Positions 10,893 to 22,225 of a stretch of 64,000 nucleotides of DNA are shown here, one piece after another (within the stretch, counting starts at the first letter, position 1; every line of letters starts with the position of its first letter). Source of the stretch: Octopus sinensis (taxonomy: Eukaryota). The DNA lies in assembly GCF_006345805.1 (NCBI RefSeq), contig NC_043024.1, positions 558,001 to 622,000 of the forward strand. Direction: 5' to 3'. Position numbers and translations under genes: made by a program. A model generated the notes under the pieces. That model was not told the origin of the DNA. It was given only the letters and a program-made list of their open reading frames with translations, and did not search any database.

Positions 10893-11247
10893 GTTTCCTT
10901 ATAACTTCCAGAAAAATGGGTATTTTTTGATGAAATTTTCTACAAATATACTTCAGATGTGGTAGATTTAGATTATATCGGGATGTATTGCGAAAAAAAA
11001 GTTTTTTCCGAGGATGGGGACAGGAGTTTCGTACAATTCACACGAGTCGACTATGTTTACTCATTTAAGAAAAATTTAATATTAAAACAAAAATTGGTGG
11101 GTTCGCACACATACTGACACATAAAATGGTACGTTACAAGCTGCTTAGATTTTCACTATCAATTCCGATATAATCCTTGTAATCTATAGCATCTGAAAGG
11201 AATTTCTAGAAAATTTCATCAAAAAATCCCCGTTTTTCTTAGGAAAC
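10893..11247. mobile_element. DNA-transposon relic with about 90-bp internal inverted repeats
   Basis: gtttcc...ttttttgatgaaattttcta..ttcagatg...gattatatcgg versus its reverse complement at about 11163-11247. Confidence 0.55.
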
Positions 11248-12239
11248 AAAGCCAACTCGTGTTGGTTTTCCAAAACTCCTCTCCTCACCTTTGGAATAAA
11301 AAAATTCACCACAAATTCCGATATGTACATCATCAGAAGCGTATTTATAGATTTCTTTTCAAAATATCAATTGTTCAGGATGTTTTAAGGAGACAGAGTC
11401 AGGGTAGGAGGGCACTTGTGTAGGTTTGCCCTCATTTTTAGCTGAGTTCACTCAAGCAGCATGAAAAGAAGTGTGTCACTGAAAGACATCAGGTGCTAGG
11501 CTGGTGTAGGGATCGAAATCACAGGCCTTTATGATCATGAGAACGTCACCCTATGTGTATATATGTGTGTGTGTGTGTATGAACTCGTGGCCCAGTGCAT
11601 AAGATTTCAGCATTGCAAGCCAAGGACGGTTGGTCAGTGTCTGGTTGACTCTGTAACTGTGTGATAAGAAGGTTTTGTTTCCTAAACACATGGTTCCAAC
11701 TTAGTGAGTGGCACCATGGGCATGTGTCTTCTACTATAGCTCCAGGATGACCAACGTTTTACGAGTGGATTTGGGTGATGGGAACTGAATGAGCTCATCA
11801 GAGCTGTCGCACACATATATATATCAACATTTCACTGAGTGCAGTATACTAGCACAAAAGGTGTATAAATGCAGACATGACTGCGTAGGCAAAAGAGTGC
11901 ATTGGGAGGTTGGCTGAGAGTATGGCTTTGAAATAACAGAAAAGTGGTATGATCATGAACCAGGAGCTCTGATAGGAAATGAGAATTACAAGATCCTGTG
12001 GAACTTCCCCATAAGGACTGACCATACTACTAAAACAAGAAGGCCAGATATTATAGGAATGGTGGGGTAAGCTGATTATGTTGATCCCAGTGTTCAACTG
12101 GTACTTATTTTATTGCGTCCAAAAGGATGAATAGCAAAGTTGACCTTGGTAGAACTTGAGTTCAGAATGTTAAGACAGACCAAATGCTGCTAGGCATCTT
12201 GCCTGGCATGCTAGCAATTCAACCAGCTTGCCACCTTCT

Positions 12240-12422
12240 ATTCATAACGTTATTAGTAACTATATACAAAGCAATAGACATAATATTAATTGTAATCTCC
12301 ATCCTAGAGGATGGAGAGCCCATTTGAGACAGGTTATTTGGTGTAATATTCCATTTAAGATAAAGTTGGCCACAAACATACTAGGCAAAGTTTACACAGT
12401 TCTGGACAAACATTTTCCACCA
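12240..12422 (+). mobile_element. Penelope-like element fragment (post-RT region)
   Basis: RQVIWCNIPFKIKLATNILGKVYTVLDKHFPP resembles the PLE motif IIWFNPPFS.NV.TNIG..FL.LIDKHFP. Confidence 0.6.
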
Positions 12423-13022
12423 TCAAGTGCTGGATGTGTAATACCAGTGCGCATGCATGACAGAGTGTAAGCACCCTGAGAGAAAAGCTGGACATAAGGA
12501 GCATTAGATGTATGCAGGAGAGACGACTGCACTGGTATGGTCATGTGTTGTGTATGGATGAGAAAAGCTGTGTGAAAAAGTGTTACACCTTAACAGTGGA
12601 GGGAACTTGTGGATGAGGTAGACCCAGGAAGACCTGGGATGAGGAGGCGAAACACAACCTATGAACGTTGGTCCTCACAGACGCAATGACAAGCGACTGA
12701 GTCCTTTGGAGATATGCAAGTTTATTTTGAGCCTCAAAGAGAAGGTTATTAAATATTATATTGAAAAGTTGATAATAGTGTCCCACCATATAATTTAGGG
12801 AATATCAGATGTAACTTATGCCTCAAGGAAACACTGCAAATGCTTAAATACAAACCTAATATAATAAATAAGTGGAAAGGATTAATGTTATGTTGTTCAC
12901 ATTTATTTAGAAGAAATTTCCAAGCATCCCCAAATAAATATAGCACTAATTTATTCATACTGGGGCACCGCCTTAAAATTTTAGTTGAATGAATCGACCC
13001 AGCATATCGGTTCCATTCTAGC

Positions 13023-13070
13023 AAAAACTGTCCGATGAACGGCAACGGGAAACTCAGAGTAACAGGTTTT
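13023..13070 (+). ncRNA. Type I hammerhead-like motif with CCGATGA core (PLE pseudo-LTR)
   Basis: Helix I CTGT/ACAG extended by AAAA/TTTT, CCGATGA (13032-13038), CG-GCAA-CG helix II, GAAA, palindromic ACTC-A-GAGT helix III, GTA triplet (cut after 13061). Confidence 0.6.
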
Positions 13071-13097
13071 GTTGAATTTTCTGCTGCTTTAAATAAA

Positions 13098-13150
<53 letters not shown>

Positions 13151-14007
13151 ATGAGGGAATATTATTCCAAACTTATAGAGAAAAATTCAATTTAGAAATA
13201 CTAAATCAAATTTCCCAAAATTTATATATATATATGTATATATATCTATATATACGTATATATATATATATATATATATCATCAATGTTTAACGTCCGCT
13301 TTCCATGCTAGCATGGGCTGGACGATTTGACTGAGGATTGGTGAACCAGATGGCTGCACCAGGCTCCAATCTTGATCTGGCAGAGTTTCTACGGCTGGAT
13401 GCCCTTCCTAATGCCAACCACTCCGAGAGTCAGCAATGTCAGTGTGTATGAATCTGCAGTTTCTCTTTGCTTTTATCCTGTTAAACCATTCCAGTACTTC
13501 TAAAGTGTTACATCATAATCTGAATGAGGAAACTGCTTTTACTCCGAAAATGGATTTTTCTTTTTTTTTCCAACTACACCTAACTCTAACTTTACTGGGT
13601 TAATCAATCTAGACTAAGGGATCAACTTTATAGTCTTAAGCATTATAAAAAGGGTTGCGGTGCCAGGTATTCTATTCTAGCATTTATTTTTAGTTTGCAG
13701 CCAACTCCTTGGCTTCCAGCTTAATGACCCTATAAACCTCTTATAAATATTTGCTATATTATTAGATAGAAGACTTTCATATATACTATCACCTTTGCTG
13801 TATATATTGTTTTATCAGAGGAACCATGCAATTTATCTGATTTGCATAGATGTATTAAATATTTATTCAATTTACTTTAGAAGCTGTTTCACACCTTAAG
13901 AACTTAGTTGTTTTTAAGATGTTTAAAAGACCTTCTTTAGATTTTTTAAATGTCTTTGTAATGCAGTGAAGTCAAATTTTTCTTTATAACGCCCACGCTA
14001 AAAAAAA

Positions 14008-14084
14008 AGTTCCGACGAAGCTAGGTGATACATAAGCACTCAGCAACGAGTGCATTGCATCCATAGCAGAAACAGCTGTAAGCT
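14008..14084 (+). ncRNA. Type I hammerhead-like motif with CCGACGA core and long branched helix II
   Basis: Helix I AGTT/AGCT, CCGACGA (14012-14018), GCTA-GG...CC-A-TAGC enclosing a GCACTC/GAGTGC hairpin, GAAA, C-AGCT-G helix III, GTA triplet (cut after 14080). Confidence 0.55.
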
Positions 14085-14669
14085 AATGAAGTTCATTACA
14101 TCATTTCTTGTTCCTTTGTCATTTGTATTATCTCTTGTTCAATTAATGCTTTTCTCTGAAGCATAAGTATATTAAATTCTAACGCTAGATTATTAGTATC
14201 GCTATGCTTTAACGTAATAATATACATACATGTGTGTGTGTGTATTATCTTTAATCGGCAGGAGTTACAAAGTGCCTCAAGCGCTGAGATCTTTGTGCAT
14301 GGCACTTACGCACGAAACTCCCGGCCTTTGTGTCACTTTGTAACTTCTGCTGATTTAAAATATATATACATATATATATAGTCATGTTTTAGGTTCTGTC
14401 TCTCCACAGTGTACTACCTTGCATACACACACACACACATAAACACTCATACACATTCACACATACGTATACACATACATATACACACTTGCCTCATAAG
14501 CGAAGTTTTTTTTTTTTAACAACCGATACTTTATTTTTTAATAGTGTTTAATCCAGAAAATAATTTTATAATTAAAAAAAACCCAGATTGTAATAAAACC
14601 CTTTTTTTTCTTCCGCAAAACCCGAAACTTCCTCGTCTCGGCGTTAGTACAGATGAGAAAGCTCTCATC

Positions 14670-14770
14670 ATGGCGGACGCCGATTCGTTGTACGACATGA
14701 GTTCTGACTTGGATATGGATCAAAGCGCCGTCGATGCAGACGTAGAAGACGACGAAGTGTCTGGACAAAG
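14670..14770 (+). CDS. NMT1: NMT coding exon 1 (acidic N-terminus MADADSLYDMSSDLDMDQ...)
   Basis: atcATGG start context, 101 nt, ends AG|gtaatt (phase 2), which matches the phase of the exon at 34879. Confidence 0.8.
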
Positions 14771-15604
14771 GTAATTGATATTCTCCCACCATTTGCTTTG
14801 CTTATTCGCTCTCATATATTCTCCGTTTCTGCACACAAATCCCGACCTTATCCCGAGTCGGGGCCATCGAAGCCGAGTCTTCATTCTTCACTCGAAATCC
14901 GTCTTTTCTTCTGCGTAGACAAGAAACCCAACAATTTGAGATTTTCTCCTTCTTTCTTTCTCGTAAATTTCCCAATTCATATTTCTATTTCCCTCCGACC
15001 TTCTTCCTCTCTTCCCATACCTTTGTTTTAATCATTTATTTCCCCCCAAATGTCTTCTGCAACATTTCTCACGTTTATTTCTCTGTAATTGACTTTTTGT
15101 TTATTAACGATTGCCTCGAAATCCTCATTAATATCATTAACACTAATGATCTTTAACACAGGCACGAAATTACTTTTGTCTGGCAACGATATAAAGATTC
15201 ATATCGTTGATTAAATTAGCTGTATCTGTAATTCACTGGGGCAGTTTCTATCCCAGCCATTCGCCGCCTCCCCTTCGTCCTCCTCATGGAAGATATTAAA
15301 CCAACGAATTAAACAAACAACAACGACTTCGGTGCGATTTGAAATCGGCACTGGGCGTAAACGAACTAAATATCGAGCAAGGCTTCATTCGTATTCCTAT
15401 TTTCTTTGCTTTTTCTGTTCCTTTTTGCCGATTTTTATCGCAATTTGCCAACCAAGCAACCCTTAGACACGAGGAGCCGACATAATTCGCTGGGAGTTGC
15501 AGTCAATAACTGAATCGACTGCCACCAGTAATTATCTGCTTGATGAAGGGCAAACATCACCTTTTCCGGTGAAATAACTGTAACAATACAGGGTGTTGAA
15601 GGCT

Positions 15605-15643
<39 letters not shown>

Positions 15644-17558
15644 TGTATGTATAACTATAGATTGGTGATTCCCCCCCCTCTCAAACTTCGTTGCCTCATA
15701 ACTTTCTGAAAAATGCATGTTTTTCTTTTTCCTTTTTTAATTTTGCTGCGATTAGATTTCGCAGGTTTTGATAGCAATTATGTTGATAAAATTTAGTAAA
15801 AAACGAATTTGGTGTTGAGTTTCGAATCGGTTCTATTCACCCCACCCTTTCGGCTGACCCTACTTTTTTTTTTACCACCAATTTGCGTAACTTTAAGCTA
15901 TTTTCGCATTTAATTTTCCCAGATTTACATTTGAAACGTCCACTTTACGTGGTTTACATTCTAGAAAACATATTTTTGTAAAATGTCATTTAAAATTATG
16001 AATGGTGGGAAAGAGAGAATGGAAACTTCTTATGAAAAAGAGAGAGAGAGAGAGAGGGCGGGTGTGTAATAACTGCGGGAATATAAAGGAAATTATATCG
16101 GTGAACCGTCTTCCACATATTCACATATACCTACATAGAGACATGGATGCATTCGTATATATTTACGAATAATTATGTAATGATATTGCAATGAATTTTA
16201 CGAATGCAATTTCTGTTAAATGATCGTTTTATCAGTGATGCTTATAATTTTGGGGACTGTATATATTTATATACGTGCATATATATATACATGCATTAGG
16301 CGGGTTTTGTGTCCGTTCGGTGAGAGTTTATATCTCTCAATTACATTTAAAATCTACGCTTAAGCATCTCAGATTTAGTAGTAGTAGTAATAATAATGGT
16401 TTAATTTAATAAAAATATTCTTAGCAGTTGGGTGTGTTTTGAAGGGTGGAGGCATGGAAAAAGGAAAGTGTGGCTTTCATGCCCTTCTCAAGAGCGTAGT
16501 TGTGGAATAGAAGTGTTGGTTGCACAGGGCTACAAATTCGAATTTTTAAAGGGCTGAAGATCTATTCACGTCACCTCCCTTTTAATAACTCTATCTCCTT
16601 TATTGATGTATATACCTCTCTATACGTGCGTATGAGTGTATATTTGCGCGTGCGTATATATATATAATATACTTTTATAAGATGAGTTGTGTGATAGTGA
16701 CTTCGAAGTTCGTCTGCTCGTCTTCATCGGACTGTGGGAACTTCGAAGTCACTGTGACCACTCTTGTAAATGCACCATAAATACATACTGTACAAAATGT
16801 ATCGAGTAATCCTTCGGTTTAATATAAAATTGTTTTATTATAAACTCGACGAGAAAACAAACATATATAGATGTACATACATGTATGTAGATGTTTTAAT
16901 ATATACAGCATCGAAAAAATGCCGTTATATACATATATAGATACATATCCTCGCATTGGAAATCATATAGGTACATGTATGTACATATAATCGCATATGC
17001 CCACGAATTACAGGCGCTGAATGCGATCTTTGGTTTTGCTTGTGCCACAAAAATACCTGTTAATACCTCTCCCAGCTCTTCATTTTACCATAGACACTGT
17101 CTTCTAAGGTTAAAACATTCTGGGGTTTTTTTGTCAATTAGTGTCAAAATAGGATGACATTGCAAATGAGATGAGTCGAGCGTCTGAACTGATCAATATA
17201 ATAGTGTCACGACCTTCTACATGTAGCAGCCAAATCGCATTCTGTCATCTTCAAAGCGGAAGGACACCATTTCACATATACAAGGCAATGCTCATTGCCA
17301 TATACTATAATAAAGTTTACAAAACGATGGCATGATCAAGGTTGGAACGGATTTGATTGTAGGTCTCCCCCATTTATTGCTGACCTGGAACTGAACAGTA
17401 ACAAAAATGGATTTATTACAATTATTTTAGATTTCTGATCAAAGGCTTCTCCAGATGTGGCCATCCCATATTTCTTTTATATATATCAAGAGCTCTACTG
17501 TCCAATATCTTCTTTTAAGACTATGGCTATGTCATTTGTGACGACATTGTGTGTGTGT

Positions 17559-17681
17559 GTTTACGATCAGATCACGTTTAAAAAAACACCGGTTCCCGTC
17601 CCGTTGTCGAAGTTAAGCAACGTTGAGCGTAGTTAATACTTAAACGGGTGGACCGCTCGGGAAACCTTTGAGCTGGTAAGC
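17559..17681 (+). pseudogene. 5S rRNA pseudogene
   Basis: GTTTACGATCAGATCACGTTT..AAAACACCGGTTCCCGTCC..GAAGTTAAGCAACGTTGAGCGTAGTTAATACTT..CGGGTGGACCGCTCGGGAAACC..GAGCTGGTAAGC is collinear with invertebrate 5S rRNA but has many substitutions and a damaged C box. Confidence 0.8.
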
Positions 17682-18931
17682 AGAACTTTTAGGTGCCGGC
17701 ATGGTTGTGTGGTTAAGATCGCTTTGTAACCACGTAGGTTCTGCGTTCAGTTTCACTGCACGGCACCTTAGGCAGGTGTCTCCAGTGATAACCGCAGGTC
17801 TGACCAATGCCTTATGAGGGAATTTGGTTTGGTAGACAGAAACTGTGTGGAAGCCCGTGATGTATGTGTTTGCGTTTGTCACCTCCCACCCAACCCCGCT
17901 CGACAACCAGTGTTGATTTGTTTACGTCCCTGTAACTTAGCGGCCCGGCAAAAATAACTGATAGAGTAAGTGTCAAACTTAAAAGATAAGTACTGGGGTC
18001 GATTGGTGTTGCTAAGTCTTTCAGTACTACTTAAATACAGAGATCCCTAAAAACTAACTCGAACCCTACGGGACCTCTGTACTTAAGTAGTGCCAATCTT
18101 TCAAGACTGTCCAATGACCCCCCATACACGCACAACTCACAAGTCTGTGCTTACACCCTCATTTGATTGTTGTTTACCCCAGTTCCCCTTGTGTTCAAGC
18201 AAGTGAGGGTACAATGCTCCCAACATGAATAAGCCCCCTGTTGGCGTCATGGTTGACCTCCAACTGTTGCTCTTATTCAATTCCAGCTGTGAAGCTTTTG
18301 CATAAAAACTAAATGCACCTTCCAGTCTGAGAATCAAAACCTCTTCACAACTAATCCATTATCTGTGCATGTGTTCTGTCGACCTCATGGTCTCGGATTT
18401 AGTTCCACTGTGTGGTGATACGTTGGGCAAGTGACATCTATTGTAGTCCCAGGTCAACCAAGGCATTGTAAATGGATTCAGTAGATGGAAACTGAAAGAA
18501 GCCCATTGTGTATATCTTTTATTTGTTTTGGTCTTGGGTGTTGGGGCACCATCTTCAAAAATGTTAGTTGAAGGACTCAACTCCGGTACTTTCTTTTTTT
18601 TTTGAGCCTGGTACTTATTGTATCAGTTTCTTTCGCTGAACCATTAAGTTAGTGGGATGTAAACACACCAACAGTGGCTGTCAAGCAGTTGTAGGAGACA
18701 AATACAGACACACACACACACACACCTAAATATATATACAATGGGCTTACTTCAGTTTTTGTCTACCAAATCCACTTTGGTAGATAAGGCTTTGGTTGGC
18801 CTGGGGCTATAGTAGAAGACACTTGCCCAAAGTGACACACAGTGGGACTGAACCCAGAACCATGTGGTTGCGAAGCAAACTTCTCACTACACAGCCACTC
18901 ATGCACCTGTATGTGTGTGTCTAGAGATATA

Positions 18932-19640
18932 CAGGGTGTGGTGAATATATTGTCGTCTAAATTATGCAGAAATGAAAATAACACTGACATCTCATCACAG
19001 AAAAATATCTTGAAATGCTAAAGAGTAAATTTATTTAATGAAATCATCATTGGCTTCAACCATGGCCTCCAGATGACTTTGGAATCTCCCGCAACTCTTC
19101 TGGATGGTCTCCTTGTTTAAGTTGGTGAATGCTGTCATAATCCTTGCCTTCAGTTCATTTTTGGTGTTACAAGGAGTTTTGTTGGTCTCTCGCTCAACTG
19201 CACCCCACACATAATAATCAAGGGGGTTGCAGTCTGGGGAGTTAGGTGGCTAGATGTTAGGCGTGATGAGCTCACAGAAATTGCCTGACAACCATGACTG
19301 GGTCCTCCTGCTTGTGTGGCATGGTGCAGAGTCCTGTTGCCAGACGTAGAGTCACCCTCTTGACTCAGGGCAGCACTACCTCCTCCAGACACTTGATGTA
19401 GAGCCACCATGTTGAGTGTGAGGCCATGTGGGAAGATGAATGGAGGCATAATGCTGCCATCACTAGTGATCACTTGAAACACCATGATGTTGACTGGATG
19501 TTTGATTTTTATCAGTCTCAGTACATGTTTTGGGGACACGGCAAGCCAATGCTTGTTCACCATCTGTTCATATTGGAGCTTCCAGTGCAAATGCCAAACA
19601 GTTCAGCATGTCGTTTCCAAATTTCTGGCAGAGAGAAGAC
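18932..19640 (-). mobile_element. Tc1/mariner DD37D (maT-type) transposon, 3' half, decayed
   Basis: YVWQQDSAPCHTSRRTQSWLSGNFCELITPNI*PPNSPDCNPLDYYVWG gives 37 residues between the catalytic Ds; terminus TA-CAGGGTGTGG at 18930-18941. Confidence 0.85.
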
Positions 19641-19989
19641 TTGTAGCTTAGTGGTTAGGGTAATCAGCTCACAATTATAAGGTCCTGAGTTTGATTCCTG
19701 GTGGCAGACTCCATCCTTGAGCAAGACACTTTATTTCCCATTGCTCCAATCCACTCAGCTAGCAAAAATGAGAGTAGTACCTGTATTTCAAAGGGCCAGC
19801 CTTGTCACATTCTGTGTCATGCTGAATCTCCCCGATTCATTAAAGATATGCATGTCTATGGAGTACTCAACCACTTGTACATTAAATTCATGAGCAGGCT
19901 GTCCCATTGATCGAATCAACTGGAACCCTCGTTGTTGTAATCAACAGAGTACCAGTCATATATAACGTCGTCACACACACTTACACACT

Positions 19990-20720
19990 AGATGGTGCCA
20001 AAGTAGGTTGATGTTTCCCATTTATGAGGCACACTCATAAGTATTGTGGGTTTGCCCTTATTATAAACACATTCTTGTTGTCTGTCGGCCACACTGCAAC
20101 ACTTGGTAATACACAGGTCTAGGTTGGTGTTGATTTCCTAGCTGGTGGCGTCTGTAGTGAACCCACACAGTTGAGGCAGAGTGTAAGGTTTTCTTTGGAA
20201 TATTTTCTCTTTCCCAACACACCTAGAAAAAGAAATTCATGTGTGTGACATCTGGGGAATGAGGAGACCAATCAATGCTACCACATTGCATTGAGGAAAT
20301 TGCACGTGTGAATTACATAATGAGGTGGTGCCCTATCTTTTTGGAATAAAATGTCACCATTGAGGGCACCACCTCCTTGCACAGCATGTCAAGGTAGTTG
20401 TTATCATTAACTGTCTTCTCAAAAAAAAAGAAGGTCCAAAGTTATTTGAGTATGCCAGACCAACCTACACAATGACATCTGGCTGATTCATCTCCGTTGC
20501 TAATGTCAAGTGGCACAGTTATGCCTGTTGACTTATGATCTGACAACTTGAAGCAGGCCTCATCTCACTGAACAATCTTCACAAGGAGTTGTGGGCTTTC
20601 ATGAATTTTTTCAGCATGATTTCTGCAAACTGCATATTTCTGCAAACAGGCTATTCTCTGTTAGGTTTTGTAGGAGTTTAAGTCAATGATTTCAAGTTCA
20701 TTTTTTTTTCTTTCTTCAGA
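19990..20720 (-). mobile_element. Second decayed IS630-Tc1-mariner transposase relic
   Basis: Broken frames give GPxFFEKTVNDNNYLDML, FQKDRAPPHY and WSPHSPDVTHMNFFF. Confidence 0.65.
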
Positions 20721-21761
20721 GACCACTGTGTGTCGAAGGCGTCACACTGTGGGACTGAACCTAGAACCAAATGATTGAGAAGCAAACTTCTCACCACACA
20801 CTTATACACACACACACACACACACATGCATACATACACACATACATACATACGCTTACTAATATGTATGTGTCTTGTCTAACCCCTTGTGACATGCAAG
20901 CATCATTCATCAAATCTTACCTGAATACATATTACCAAAGAAAAATATTTTCCTCTGAAAACTGGAGGCTGGTCACAAGAAAGGTATCTAGTCCTACAAA
21001 GTCTGCTTCAAATCTGCCCCCCTGCTCTTGTGGTGGTCATAATGAAATTGATATAAGTATATATTTAAATACTCATTTTTATTTATGTATACACACACAT
21101 ACTTGTAGCTTAATGAACACAGTATATATTTTAATGAGCTACTGATAGTTTCATGCAATGAAAAAAAACAGCATTTTATAGCACCATTGATGCCGTCATG
21201 CAATCTTTAGGCTTTGCTCACATGAAGATTGCATGAAGGCATCAGGTACGTTATTATAAACTGCTGTCTTAGTCATTTTCATTGCATGAAACTATAAGTA
21301 GCTCATAAAAGTATCTACTATGTTTATTGAACAATTTCTTAACCAGATGGACTACATTTTTTGTTGATCTTACCTTCGTGGAACAGCAATGTACTTTATA
21401 TAAACACACACACATTCTCTTATTCTTTTACACATTTCAGTCATTTGACTGCAGCCATGCTGGAGCACCACCTTAAAGGCTTTTTTAGATGAAGATATCG
21501 ATCACCTTTGTAAGCCTAGTACTTATTCTACTGGTCTCTTTTGCTGAACTGCTTTGTCAAGTGATGTTGGGGGGGGGGGGCAGGCACACATAAATACACA
21601 CACACACACATATATATATAATGGGCTTCTTTCAGTTTCTGTCTACCAAATCCACTCAAGCTTTTGGTCAGCCCAAGGCTATAGTAAACTCTTGCCCAAG
21701 ATGCCAGGCAGTAGGACTGAACCTAGAATCCTGTGGTTCAGAAGCAAGCTTCTTACAACTC

Positions 21762-22225
21762 AGCAAAGTTCAGAGAGCTCCTATCCCTGCAGGTAACAAA
21801 GGGCCTCTCTCTCAGAGTGAAAGGCAGATTGTATGATGCTTGTGTGCAAACAGCCATGCTACATGGCAGTGAAACATGGGCTGTGACAGCTGAGGATATC
21901 CGTAGGCTTGAAAGAAATTAAGCCAGTACGCTTCACTGGATGTGCAATGTCAGTGTGCCTGTTTGACAGAGAGGAAAGTTGGGCATAAGAAGCTTCAGAT
22001 GTGGTGTGCAAGGGAGATAACTGCACTGGAATGGTCATGTGATGCATATAGACAAGGCCAGCTATGTAAAGAAGTGCCATTCTCTAACTGGAGGGAACCT
22101 GTGATAGAGGTAGACCCAGGAAGACATGGGACAAGGTGGGTGAGGCATGATCTTCAAACTTTGAGCCTCACAGAGGCGATGACTGGTGTCTGAGACCTTT
22201 GGTGATGTGCTGTGCTTGAGAGACC
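21762..22225 (+). mobile_element. Decayed RTE LINE fragment (same family as 56138-58426)
   Basis: FRELLSLQVTKGLSLRVKGRLYDACVQTAMLHGSETWAVTAED nearly matches the 468-aa ORF; stops and frameshifts present. Confidence 0.85.

Noticed and set aside
14544-14669. 42-codon upstream extension of the NMT ORF in the ORF track
   Set aside because: Starts at GTG in A/T-run sequence that looks like promoter or UTR; the first ATG in good context is 14670.
5639-14670. Functional link between NMT and an NCS-like calcium sensor (many NCS proteins are myristoylated)
   Set aside because: The predicted EFCAB1 begins Met-Lys with no Gly2, so it is not an NMT substrate; the adjacency is probably incidental.
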